A DNA stretch of 64,000 bases from Podarcis gaigeae (Eukaryota), in assembly GCA_964106915.2 (NCBI GenBank), contig OZ066923.1. One strand, given 5' to 3'. Position numbers and translations under genes: made by a program. Each line of letters starts with the position of its first letter. The first letter of the stretch is position 1. This document shows positions 1-12,000 of the stretch, piece by piece. The notes under the pieces were generated by a model. It had not been told where the DNA came from and ran no database searches. It worked only from the letters and a program-made list of their open reading frames with translations.

Positions 1-412
1 TTCAATTTGTTTTAACTGCTCATGTGTAATTTTGGACAGAAAGGCACGTTAGTCAAACCCAGCATGTCAGACAATGCATCTGGTCCAATATGCCCAGAAG
101 TAGCAGAGATAGTTCAACATGGGATCAGTTAGATCCCATGTTACCACACACAAGCCAAGCGAAACGTAGTGAGCCCCTTCCAGTTATAACGGCAGCTGGT
201 GTACTGGAATCAGGTATGCCGGAAAGAGCAGCCACAGCAAGTACTTGAACTGGGCAAGCTGAAAGACGTTTCGGTGGGTGCAGCCCTCCAATTCTTCCAG
301 TCGGTTTCTTGCCATGAGTAGAAGGGGCAAGCCACAGGCCAGCGGAATCTACCACTCCTTGCTGAGAATCCAGGGTCGCTGCGGCAGGGAGGCATGGCAG
401 AGCTGCAAAGCA

Positions 413-557
413 TCATGGAACCAGGAGCATATCTACCAGCTGTTGAAATTCTGCCCGGTTTTTGAAAATGTACATCTGAGTTTCCCAGAGAAGGTTCACC
501 AGGATCACGTCGCTCACCTCATCCAGCATCACATCCAGCTCCAAAGGAGGGTTGAAC
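413..557 (-). CDS. PLA2G6: PLA2G6 last coding exon (3' UTR continues to the left edge of the window)
   Basis: [50 protein letters not shown]; 145 nt. Confidence 0.93.
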
Positions 558-1881
558 CTGCAGGTGCCAAGAATGAGTTAGGGTGTTGCAAGATGGGAAG
601 GAGAGAAAGAGTTTGGCCTATGCCTGGCAACTGGAGACGAAAAGGCAAGTCTCCGAGATAGAAGGCAGAGACAATGGAAAACAAGACAGAAAACCCAATA
701 CAGTGGTACCTCAGGTTACATACGCTTCAGGATACAGACGATTCAGGTTACAGACTCCGCTAACCCAGAAATAGTACCTCGGGTTAAGAACTTTGCTTCA
801 GGATGAGAACAGAAATCGTGCTCCAGCGGCTCGGTGGCAGCAGGAGGCCCCATTAGCTAAAGTGATGCTTCAGGTTAAGAACAGTTTCAGGTTGAGAACA
901 GACCTCCAGAATGAATTAAGTACTTAACCCGAGGTACCACTGTACTCAAGAGAGTGCTATGGTGCAGTAGAGATTCAGTTAGAGATCCCCAAAGTGCAAC
1001 GGGTGCAAGGCACCGACAATCTCAAATCAGGGGCTCTGGCAGGCAAACTCTTTGGACATCTTTAACTCCATGGCATTTTGCCAGATGCAGTCACATCGGT
1101 GCTTTCAGTTTCCTTTCTTTTGCTCTCAGGTGCAACTGATACAGCTGGCCAGGAAGATACCTCCTACCTGACATGCCCAAGCTGACTTAGTAGCTTCATC
1201 AGGTGATGGAAGGGGCCAGTGGGGTTTTAGCTTTCCCCGTAAATGCGTCAAGCCTGCCCCAGTTCTTCAGCCTGAGCCATTCCCCACAGTTAAGGACTAA
1301 GCTCTTGACTCACCCAAACCCTCCCCCTTCTCTCCAGACTTATCTTCTCAGTTAACACCGACCACCTGTCTCTGGCATGGTTAGGTAATTTTAAACTCTG
1401 GCCTTAATGGTTTTACATTCCTTCTCCTTCCTGTTCTTCAGATGGCAATGCACATTACTTCAAAAGCATGGTTGCACTCGTGAGGCCCTCACTCTGCTTC
1501 TGCCCCAAAGTCTTTCTGCCTGCTTCCAAGTTCACTCCTTGATGGCACCTCCACATAATGCAACCCAGAGCAATTTCACTCGGCCTAAACCTGCCTCACA
1601 AAAGGGCTGTGAGGAAAGGACTCACCTGTGTTGCACAGGTGTCCCAACTGCACAAACCCCCTACATATAAGCAGGGGCTTCTGTGTTAAGAATTTTGCTG
1701 CAGAGAACAGTGTGCAATGTGCGACTGTTACAGGAAACAGACCAGATACTGGGAGGGGGCCTGAAAGTGCAGCCCTGCTCCACTGTCAACACAGTTATAC
1801 CCCACACAAGAATATTACATGAACTGGGCAACTGCTTTCAGAGGGCTATCAAGGCAGGGACAGATTATCCTTGCCAGAGGT

Positions 1882-1930
<49 letters not shown>

Positions 1931-4900
1931 GGGACTGCATAAAATCAGTCCCTCAGCTGACTGCTGCTCTGGAAAGGCAAAATGTAACCCGCAACTGAAG
2001 TAAAGCAGAGACAGTTCTAGGATAGGGTGACTAGTGCGGTTGCACTGCAGGGGGCACCAAAACAATGCTGTAGAACAAAGTGTGAGAGGCGGGGAGGGAG
2101 GTTAACATGCCACAGGGTGCTGCTGAAATTTGAGGGTCCAAAGTCCGCCACTGAATAAGGTTCTGCTGTTAGCTTACATAATTAGCAGAGGCACAATCCT
2201 AACCATCTCCTGGTTTAGTATAACAGAGGATGCTGCTTCACATTGAGTCAAACCTTTGATCCACCTAGCTAAATGTGGTCTACAATGACCAGCAGTGGCT
2301 CTACAGGGTTTGGGAAGGGGGGGTCTCTCTCAGCCCTTAACTGGAGACACCAGGGATCGAACCTGGGACCCACCCCATGCAGAGTCTCTGAGAAGCGGAG
2401 AATCGAGGGTTCCAGCCATGCTCTTTCCAACCTGCACAGAACATCAAGGTAGACAAGTCCTATACCTGACATAATGGGCATCTATCATCTCACACCAGGC
2501 TCTTGCACGGTTCACACATGGCCCATCTGGATCAGTGCACTGCAAAGAGACATCAACACAATTAGGAAGTGATCCATCCTACGACTCAAATACCCAGGAC
2601 TACAAGGTAAAAGAAGGCTAAGACAAAACAAGCCGGCATTGCACAAATATGGCTTGGAGGGGGAAGTTTCTCCTAAACACAATGCTTCTAGCTTAGCCGC
2701 AGAATACAAAAAAATGCACTGTTTTCCCTAAGTAGAAACAGAATTGGCTTTTTTTCCCCAGAGCCTTCATAATATTCATAATATTATAACGCCTGTATTG
2801 TGGCAGCAACTTGCAGATCAGGTCACGAGGGAAAACCTCGGAGTCCATTCACTTCAGCCCAATTTGTCCTTGTGAGTCTACAGTGGTTGTGCTTGCATGT
2901 CACATTAAAGCAGGGGTAGCCAGCATGATACCCTCCAGATGTTGCTTTGACACTTCCCCAGAAAATTTTGTTGAAAATATTGGGTTGGGGAGGGCTCCTC
3001 CAAATCAATGAATTGACTTTCCTTAGCAATGAGACCCTTATAATAGGATCTGGAGAAGGGCCAGAGATCAGTGGAAGGATGTCTGATTTGCAGTCCAGTC
3101 CCCATCATCTCTAAGAAGGGCTGTGAATGCCTCCATCTGAAACCCTACAAGGCAATTCCTTCACATGTATTGGGAGTCTGAGCTGGTAAATATATTGCTA
3201 CCTTCCCATCCCCACCAAATGGAGACGTTCTCTGCTAACATCTGGTTGTTCCATTCCACTGATCCATCCACATCTAATACTCACGCAGTCCACCACCAGC
3301 TTGCCCAGTTCTTTAGCCCCATAGACAGTCTTGGCCAGTTCCCAAGGGTTTGAGGGGCGGAAGACATCCACTGAGCTCACAGGGACCTGTGGTGCCTTCC
3401 CAGTCCCAAGAGAGACCACCACTCCCAGCTTTTTCACCTTGTGGCCCTCACCCTGGAAGAATGGGAGGAAAAGAACATCAGTTAGCAAAGCTGAACCTAT
3501 TCTAAAGCTGTATTTTGTCACCTTTTTAAAGAGTTAACACCTAGTTTTACTGCTGCCAATTTTAGTGTGCAATGTATTTTACACTTGGTGCTGTTGTAGG
3601 GTTTTTGTTTGTTTACTGCATTGTGTTATTTGCTGCTAAAAACTGATTGCCCCACCTGTACTTTGTATTGACTATGATTATGTTGCATGCTGCTCTGGGT
3701 GCTTTTAGAAAAAGGAGAAAATGCTTCTTCCGTAGGAGGGGGCCACAACCCCCAGAATTTTAAGTGCAATGAGGACTGCCACTTAAGCTTACATTCTGGA
3801 TTAAGATTTTGTTGCACTCGTTGATCTCAGCCATGGCATCCAAGGTGGGGTTGTTGGCCAGCAGACCTCCATCCAGAAAACGTCCAAAGGGCCGAAAATA
3901 CGTTGGGGCAGCTCCGCTGGAACGAGCAGCCTGCCACATCAGCTGATCTGTGAGGGGGAAACAAAGAAAGATGTGTCTTTCTCTCCACATACTAAACTAT
4001 GTGAATCCAGCTGATTGCTAGAACAAGATCTGTTGCTACTAAGAATAAACACAGTACTGCAGGGCAGGGAGGGGAGTCTGTGCCCCTCTAGATGTTGCAA
4101 GACTACAGGTCCAATCATCCCTGACCACTGGCCGTGATTGTTGAGCCTGATGTGAGTCCAACAGTATCTAGAGGCTCACAGGTTCCCCATGCCTGCTTTA
4201 GAGGTTCAAAAAGCTTAATGTGCATACATTCTCTCAATAATCCACATAACAAGGACAATCTCTAAAACACGTCTGCATTATTATCCCCATATGAAAGATG
4301 GGAGAGCTGAGGCCGAAAGACCCCTATTAGCTGTGGATTCTCCAATGCCCAAGTGACAAACAGTGGATCACATCGAAATGACTAAGCAAACACCAAGAGT
4401 TCAGAGAACTTTCACACTGACAACCTAGGAAACCTTTTAAAGGCGGCAACAGCAAATAAGGACCAGGAAACAACCAGAAGCATGAAACAGACTGGCCAGA
4501 AGTGGCGTAAGAGACAAACTCTGATGCTATAACACAGCTGGCAAAAGCTCATGGACAGAGTGGAGAAAAGGATGAAGGACTGTGATTGCACACATTTACA
4601 ACACACAATGTAGGAGTGGACTGACTGTGCCAGCCAACATCACAAATACCTTTCCTGCACAAAGTGAAATGAAGGCAGGGACTATGTTGGTTGGAACATG
4701 CACAACTGGATTCCAAAAATACAAGATAAATCCATCGGTAGATTTTTAGCCCAGACAAATGAGGGAACACAATCCTATTTCTGAGACTGCACCTAAACCG
4801 TTGGAGAAAGAATAGCAGAGGATGGATCACTTATCCCGCACTGCATGGTATGATTCTACTGTGGTACCAAGTACTGCTGGCCACTATTGCCTGCTCCATA

Positions 4901-6779
4901 AGTTATTTTTTCGGAACAGAAATAAGCTCTGAAAAGAGAGGAATATGTACACTGTTGCATTCACAATTGCACTGATCTGTTCCAACTTCACCCAAGACGT
5001 GGTCAATGCTATATGGAGATCATCATAACATGTATGACCAGTATTGCTTGGAGACGCACACACAAAAAACGGGGAAGGGGGAGGAAGTATCCTTGAGTAG
5101 GGGCTTGCTTTTCTTCAACAAGCAACTTGACTCCACAAGAGTGCTGTGCAAGCGAGTCTTTTACCTTCTGGCCTGGTCAACGCTTGAAACAAACCCGACG
5201 ACTTGTAACAGGATTTGCCTCTTGCTTCTGGAGGGTTGTAATTCCGGAACAGGTGGAGCTCGGCAGGCTGTCGGTCGCATAGCGTCGCTGTCAACATGAG
5301 TCTGTAAGGGATTTTGAGGAATGAAGACAAGATTTCAGCTTGGTTGTAAGGGGAAGAGGCTACAGAAAGTACTAGGTTCAATTCTGGCATCTCCAGTAAA
5401 AGGATCTCAGGATATCTGTTGCTCCAAAGAACAGAACTAGAACCAGTGGGTGGAAATGGCAGGGCAGCAAATGTCCAGCTGAACGCAAGGAAGAGATTTC
5501 CAATGGTAAGAGTTGTTTGACATGGAACCATCTCCTTGGGAGGTAGTGAAGGCTCCACTGGAGATAGCTGGCCATCTGTGTCAGCGATGCTGTAGGGGCA
5601 GCCTGAACAGGAAATTGGGCTCAATAACCTCCAAGGCCCTTCCATCTTTATGATTCTTGTGACTTTGGGCCTAACTACCAACCACAGCCAATACAGTGGT
5701 ACCTCGGGTTACAGACACTTCAGGTTACAGACTCTGCTAACCCAGAAATAGTACCTTGGGTTAAAAACTTTACCTCAGGATGAGAACAGAAATCGCACAC
5801 CAGCGGCGCGGCAGCAGTGGGAGGCCCCATTAGCTAAAGTGGTACCTCAGGTTAAGAACAGTTTCAGGTTAATAACAGACCTCCGGAATGAATTAAGTTC
5901 TTAACCTAAGGTACCACTGTACTGGGCTAGATAGACTCAGCACATGGCAACTTCACATATTATTTTTATATCCCACCTCTCTTCCATGGGATTTTAAGGC
6001 AGCACCCCCAGGCAATCCTCTCACCTTGGCACTGAGGTGACCCAAACCTGGTTAGATTCAGCAGAGTAATTACAACTTTATTATTTGTACCCCGTCCATC
6101 TGACTGGGTTGCCCCAGTCACTCTAAGCGGCTTCCAGCATATATAAAAACATAATAAAATTTTAAATATTAAAAACTATGTTATGTGCTTTCCGGTCCTG
6201 CCTCAGACAGGTGGTCATAGATATGATCTCCCTCCTCCAGGGACAGGAGATCAGGAAGCCATCATGATAAAGGGCAAAGCCAGCATCCCTCTGGCTTTGG
6301 CTCAGTGGAGGTCTAGTCCATTAGGGTTAATGGGGTACTGTCTGCCTAACCTCAGTCTGGCCTCAGTCAGCCCCCACCTGCCTGCCTTCTGACATAAAAC
6401 TCTCCCTGGATGTTGGATTCCTTCTTAGTTTCATCCTTGTAGAAGGGAGGGAGGGTCGGGGACAATACTAGAATTAGTCAGCGTGATCTGTCATTGGTTT
6501 GGAACGGCCTATCAATGGGTCCAGTTCTGCCCACAGTCGTCCCCCACCCCCGTACTAGATGCAAAGGGCACCAGTCACTGCTGTTTTACTTACTTGGGTT
6601 GCTTGACATCCGTCATTTTGGTATGCTCTCCAAACTCCTTCTTCAGGAATTCCTCAAGGGGTTCTGACTCATACGGCCGCGACCCTCGAAACACCTCATC
6701 CTTCATGCGGAAGTACAAGCAGCGCATGTATTCCATCGGCTTCCCTGAGAGGCAGAAGGACATTAGTGTTACCCCAAGG

Positions 6780-6825
<46 letters not shown>

Positions 6826-6826
6826 C

Positions 6827-6870
<44 letters not shown>

Positions 6871-8977
6871 TGTTCAGGGCTGTCTTAAGCATATGCGGCA
6901 CTGGGGTGCAAAGATCCACCCGGCAACCCCCCCCCCCCCAGTTGCCTAGTCCCAGGCACACAGGAGGGCACAGCTGGCCGGCCGCCTCAGCGTCTCGCTG
7001 GCTCAGTCACCCCCGAACTCGCAGCACAGAGCCGCCCACAGCAGAAGAGCCCGCCACAGCTCTCTTCCCCGGACTCAACTCTCGGGCCCCGGACTCTCAG
7101 CCTGGTGCCCCTGAAAGCCTGGTGCCCAGGTGCCCCGCACCCCTTGCGCCTATGGGTAAGATGGCCCTGGTGCTGTTTCCTCCTCCATAATATTTGAAGG
7201 GCATTTGGAGTGCTTGGAAACCCAGAAAATAACTTTTTGTGGAAACACGAAGACCTATGTTTTGCAGCAATATACAAAAGCAGCAATAAGGGTAATAGAA
7301 AAAGTGGAATAAAGGTTAGTGGAGAAGACATGGAAGAGAAAGGGGCAGAATCACCAAGGAGCAGGGTATGGATTATGTGCCTCCCCTATTTGCAAAGTCT
7401 GCAAAAAACCAGACTAAAGCAAGCATTTGGGTAGATTAGGATCAGAGTACACACAGTCAGCTTTGCCATGTGGCAGCTTGGACAGAAATGCGAAACCCAC
7501 TTCCAACCATTTCTTGTGAAAAACAAACCCCTTGCTTCTTGAATTATCCATCAGGTCTTTTCCAACCTGGTGCCCTCCAGATGTTGCTTGACTCATAATT
7601 CTTAGCATTTGGGCATGCAGGGGCTGATGGGAGTTGGGAGTCCAATAGCATCTCCCAGCCTGGGCAAAGCTGCAGTAAGTCAGGGCCACTTCTCTCACAG
7701 ATGGCAGGAACAGTCTTTTAGGCCAGGAAGATATCCAACACTCATCCTTTCTCTTTCACTCCAGAACTCTTCCCCCACCAGGTAGGGAGATTTCCTCCTC
7801 CACCTGTGGCCCCACATGAGCGCTCTTTCCTTACCTAGTATAACAGACACTGCCAGGATTCCCCCTGTGCTCGTCCCCGCAACCCAGTCAAACAGATCCC
7901 GGATGGGGCGCCCTGCAGCTCTTTCTATAGCGATGAGGAACTGGATGAGCACCAGGCCCCGGACACCCCCACCATCCAGACTCAAAAGGCGGTCTTGACT
8001 AGAGAAGGGGAGAGGGGAGGGAAGAGAGAAGAGAAGGAGTTTAATGTTCCCAAGGTCATATTCACTCCTAAGGTTCAGATGCCTTATGGGGCAACATACT
8101 AACCATCAAAGTATCTTCCCTACCCTAGGTGAGGAAGAACTGTAGTTCTTGAAAGGTATGCTGAGGATCAGGTGTGGGGAACCTCTGGCTCTCCAGATGT
8201 TGCTGAACTACAAGGCCCATCATCCCTGACAACTGGTCGTGCTTGCTAGGGCTGATGGGAGTTGGGAGTTCAGCAATGTTTGGAGGGCCAGAAAGCTTCC
8301 TCTCCCTGCTTAAGATGCAAGAAGCTAGGAAAAAAATAGGGTAGGGAGCCCTCCTCTCTGCAGTGACTTCACACATTATAGTTTGCATGAACGCACCAAA
8401 TTGGGGCAACTTCTTCCTTCTGGCATGTGGGAGAAACAATCCTGGCTGAACCTAGGATTGTGGTTTTTTCTGCTCCAATTCAACCATGGTCTGTAGCCAA
8501 GGTTTGCTCTTGGGTTACAGACCATGATTTGTTTGGAGCAGAAGAAACCCTGGTCCTTGGATAAAGATATGACACTAAGCCAGGTATCCTGGTTTGTTTC
8601 TCCTGGATCAGCACACTAAAAGTACACCATTAACTGTGGTTTACTGTGATGGTATGCATACAGGGCCGAGGTCTTCTCTCTCTGAATCTTATCAGTTTTC
8701 ACATCAGGACGGAGCATTGCAGACTAGATGAAGTCCATCTTACTAACGACACCCACTTACCTTTTTTTCCTCTCGGTGGCAAGATCGACCACATCTTGTT
8801 TTTTCAGCAAGGTACCAAGTGCTGTAGAGACGTGAATGACGTCCTGGAATTCTAGGGAGGCAAGGAAAAGAAAGGCAAATATTCTGTTCAGCAAGATGTT
8901 TAGAAGCAGGTGCAGCAGACTAGGAACCTGAGAGTCTAGGAACTGAGTTCTCCCTCACCCCAATAAATTAATAAATA

Positions 8978-9022
<45 letters not shown>

Positions 9023-12000
9023 TTATTATTTATACCCCACCCATCTGGCTGGGCCTCCCCAGCCACTCTGGGCGGCTTCCATAGAAACCAAAAATACAGT
9101 AAAATATCACACGTTAAAAACTTCCCTGAACAGGGCTGCCTTAAGATGTCTTCTGAATGTCAGGTAGTTGTTTATCGCTTTGACATCTGCTGGAAGGGCG
9201 TTCCACAGGGCGGGCGCCACTACCAAGAAGGCCCTCTGCCTGGTTCCCTGTAGCTTTGCTTCTCGCAATGAGGGAACCGCCAGAAGGCCCTCGGCGCTGG
9301 ACCTCAGCGTCCGGGCAGAATGATGGGGGTGGAGACGCTCCTTCAGGTATACTGGACCGAGGTCGTTTAGGGCTTTAAAGGTCAGCACCAACACTTGGAA
9401 TTGTGCTCGGAAACGTACTGGGAGCCAATGTAGGTCTTTCAAGACTGGTGTTATATGGTCTCGGCCCCAATGGCCCTATGCAATAGAAGACAAGGTTCTC
9501 ATACCTTTAATTGCTGTATCGAAGGAAGATACATAGCAAGCACACCGTCCATTGCCATGACCATTGTATCATTAAAAACATCCCCTATCAAAAGGCACAG
9601 GAGCCCTGTCTTCTATGGAACATGGCAATCCTTCCTGCTTCCCCTAAATACTTACCAGGAGCTACATCATCATTTGGTCCTTTCTGGAATATTAGCATAT
9701 TAGCATAGCAAAGCAGAAAAAGAAGAGGAAGGAGAAAGAGAGGGAAATGACTGATACTGTCAAGACGTTTGTGGTCACAGAACAGGGATGGCAAAGCTAA
9801 CTCCCATCATCCCTTGGCTATGCTAACAAGAGCTGATGGGGAGCTGGAAGCCAACACTATCCGAAATGCCACAACTTCTCTGTCCCTGCAATAGAGCTTC
9901 AGGAAGAATCCCAGCTCTGTGCCATTAGCAACTGGCCATGGTTTCCCCAGCACATTCGCACTGCAACAGGAAACCTTGTTTTAACCCTCAACTGAGACAA
10001 TCACGTGCTCAAGTTTCACGTTTATTCCGACATGTTATTCCAGATTGGAAGAAAAAGTGGTCCTAAAACAGTGATAGTGAAGCAAAGACACAGAGAGAAG
10101 CACAGGGCTAGCTAGCCTGTTACCTAGGTTTTGGTTAGTGCTCCTCGGGGGCGGTAGTCCTTCCTGGGAAGTGGAAGTAGTTGGTACTGATATGCCAGGT
10201 GGGTGGAAGCGGTCAATCCCTACAATTTTCAGCAGGTCTAAGAGCACCTTCCGATTGGCACCTTTGATATGGTGAGAGCGTCACATGCATTAGAGAGGAA
10301 AATCCATTAATATAAAGGAAATGGTCACCGCTGCCTGCTGTGAGTCAGACTAATCCCATGTACCTGGTTTGAAAAAAACACAGGGCTGGAGGTGGTTGCC
10401 TCAAGGGGGGACGGGGTGTGTGGTTTAAGCAACCCGCTGAGATTGTGGCTTGGTCCTCAGAATCCTATGCCACAGCTGGGGCCTTGTCTGTGCTCCTTAG
10501 GCCTGAGATTCTCACCATCCCTCCACTGGCCAGAACAAATCTGTGCAAGAGGCCACAAGGTCACAAATGGGATTCTCCAAATCCAGAATTATGGGGTATG
10601 TTGCCAGCCATATCCTGATGACACACAGCTCTACTTCTCCTTTACACCTGTAGCTGTGGCAGTGGAAGTGCTGGACCATTGTCTTCCACCCAGCTCCCAT
10701 ACTTCCCTTTCCCTCCCCACAGGTCCCCCCTCTCACCTTTGCTCATCCTGGCCGCCAACAACCCGGGTGTCTCCCCCAAGTCATTGGGGACATCCACATC
10801 TGCTCCAAACACAATGAGGGCCTTGATCATTTCTAGATGGTCTTGCTGCAGGGAGGAAAAGAGCTTGTAAAGGGGAAAGCGTTGCCAGGAGCTCCCTCCA
10901 GCCTCAGCTTCCTGAGCTGGAATGCCCACCTGGCAGCCATCTTGGCAAACACACTGTGAGCTGCCAATATATCCTACCCAAATAGCTAGGTTTCTGTGAG
11001 TCTCTTCATGCAAAAGGATCACTTTAACTAGATGGGTTGCGTGCAGACAGACAAACAAAAATATTCAAGAAAGGAAGATTGAGGAGCTAGGATTGAGGGT
11101 TGAGAAAACTTTGGCTCATGGGCCTCATTAGGCACACAAGGGTTCTAATTTGGCCTGGGGTGTCATTTCCACCAAACTACATCCACCTGCCCTGCCGTTG
11201 ATGCTGTATGTGATGCCTAGTGGGAGGCAGGGAAAGGTGTGGCCTTCACTTTAAAGTGCATTTGCAAGCGGGTTCCGCTGAAACCACCTGGAAACATCCT
11301 TCAGCAGCGCCGCTGTCACTGATGTCATATTGATGCCAGGTGACAGACCGCTGGGCTGCCGTGCCCCACCCACCAAACTTGGTCCATGGGGCTTTTGGAG
11401 ATTAGGTTCCGGCCCACCTGGCCAAAAAGGTAGCCCACCCCTGGGTTAAGTCTACATATTGAACCAGAACAGATTGTTACAACAGAAGAATACCAGGAAA
11501 AAGGGGGGTGTTCTCTGTAGATGTTATGCACTTCTCTCCTCTCAGCCCCTTCCCCACCCTTCAGGTTGGGAAAAGCAAGCATCCAGCAGATGAGAAGCCC
11601 ACCTTCATGGCCAGGTGCAGTGGGGTGTTGCCATCTGCCCCTTTCACATTTGCCATGGCTCCATGCGTCAGCAGCACCATGGTGCAATCAAAGCGCCCCC
11701 GCCGGGCAGCGATGTGCAGGGCCGACTCCCCTGTCTTGCTGAGGGCGTTCACTTCACAGCCGTAGTCAATGAGGAGCCGGGTCATCTAGGAGACAAGGGG
11801 GAAAGGCACAAAGCCACACTTTGGATCACAAGCGCTTCTTCACCGGGACAGGTGAGGTCGGATTTATTTCAACGATAAAACGAATAAGGTACCTGGGGCA
11901 TATGGGAAGATACTTTTAGGCAAATGAGAAATCGCTGCATGCATTTGAATAGGGTTGTGGGTTTTTTGATTATGTTCTTTTTGAAACAATAAACAAATAT

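Noticed and set aside
701-942. CRISPR-like repeated words (caggttaagaac)
   Set aside because: These are internal sub-repeats of a eukaryotic MITE; there is no repeat-spacer regularity and no cas gene.
1620-1660. 22-nt cryptic exon in the last PLA2G6 intron with a CAG|GTGAGT donor inside a small hairpin
   Set aside because: Weak polypyrimidine tract, frameshifting, and no other support.
6483-7190. 235-aa plus-strand ORF
   Set aside because: Chimera of an antisense PLA2G6 exon, a microsatellite and a hAT element.
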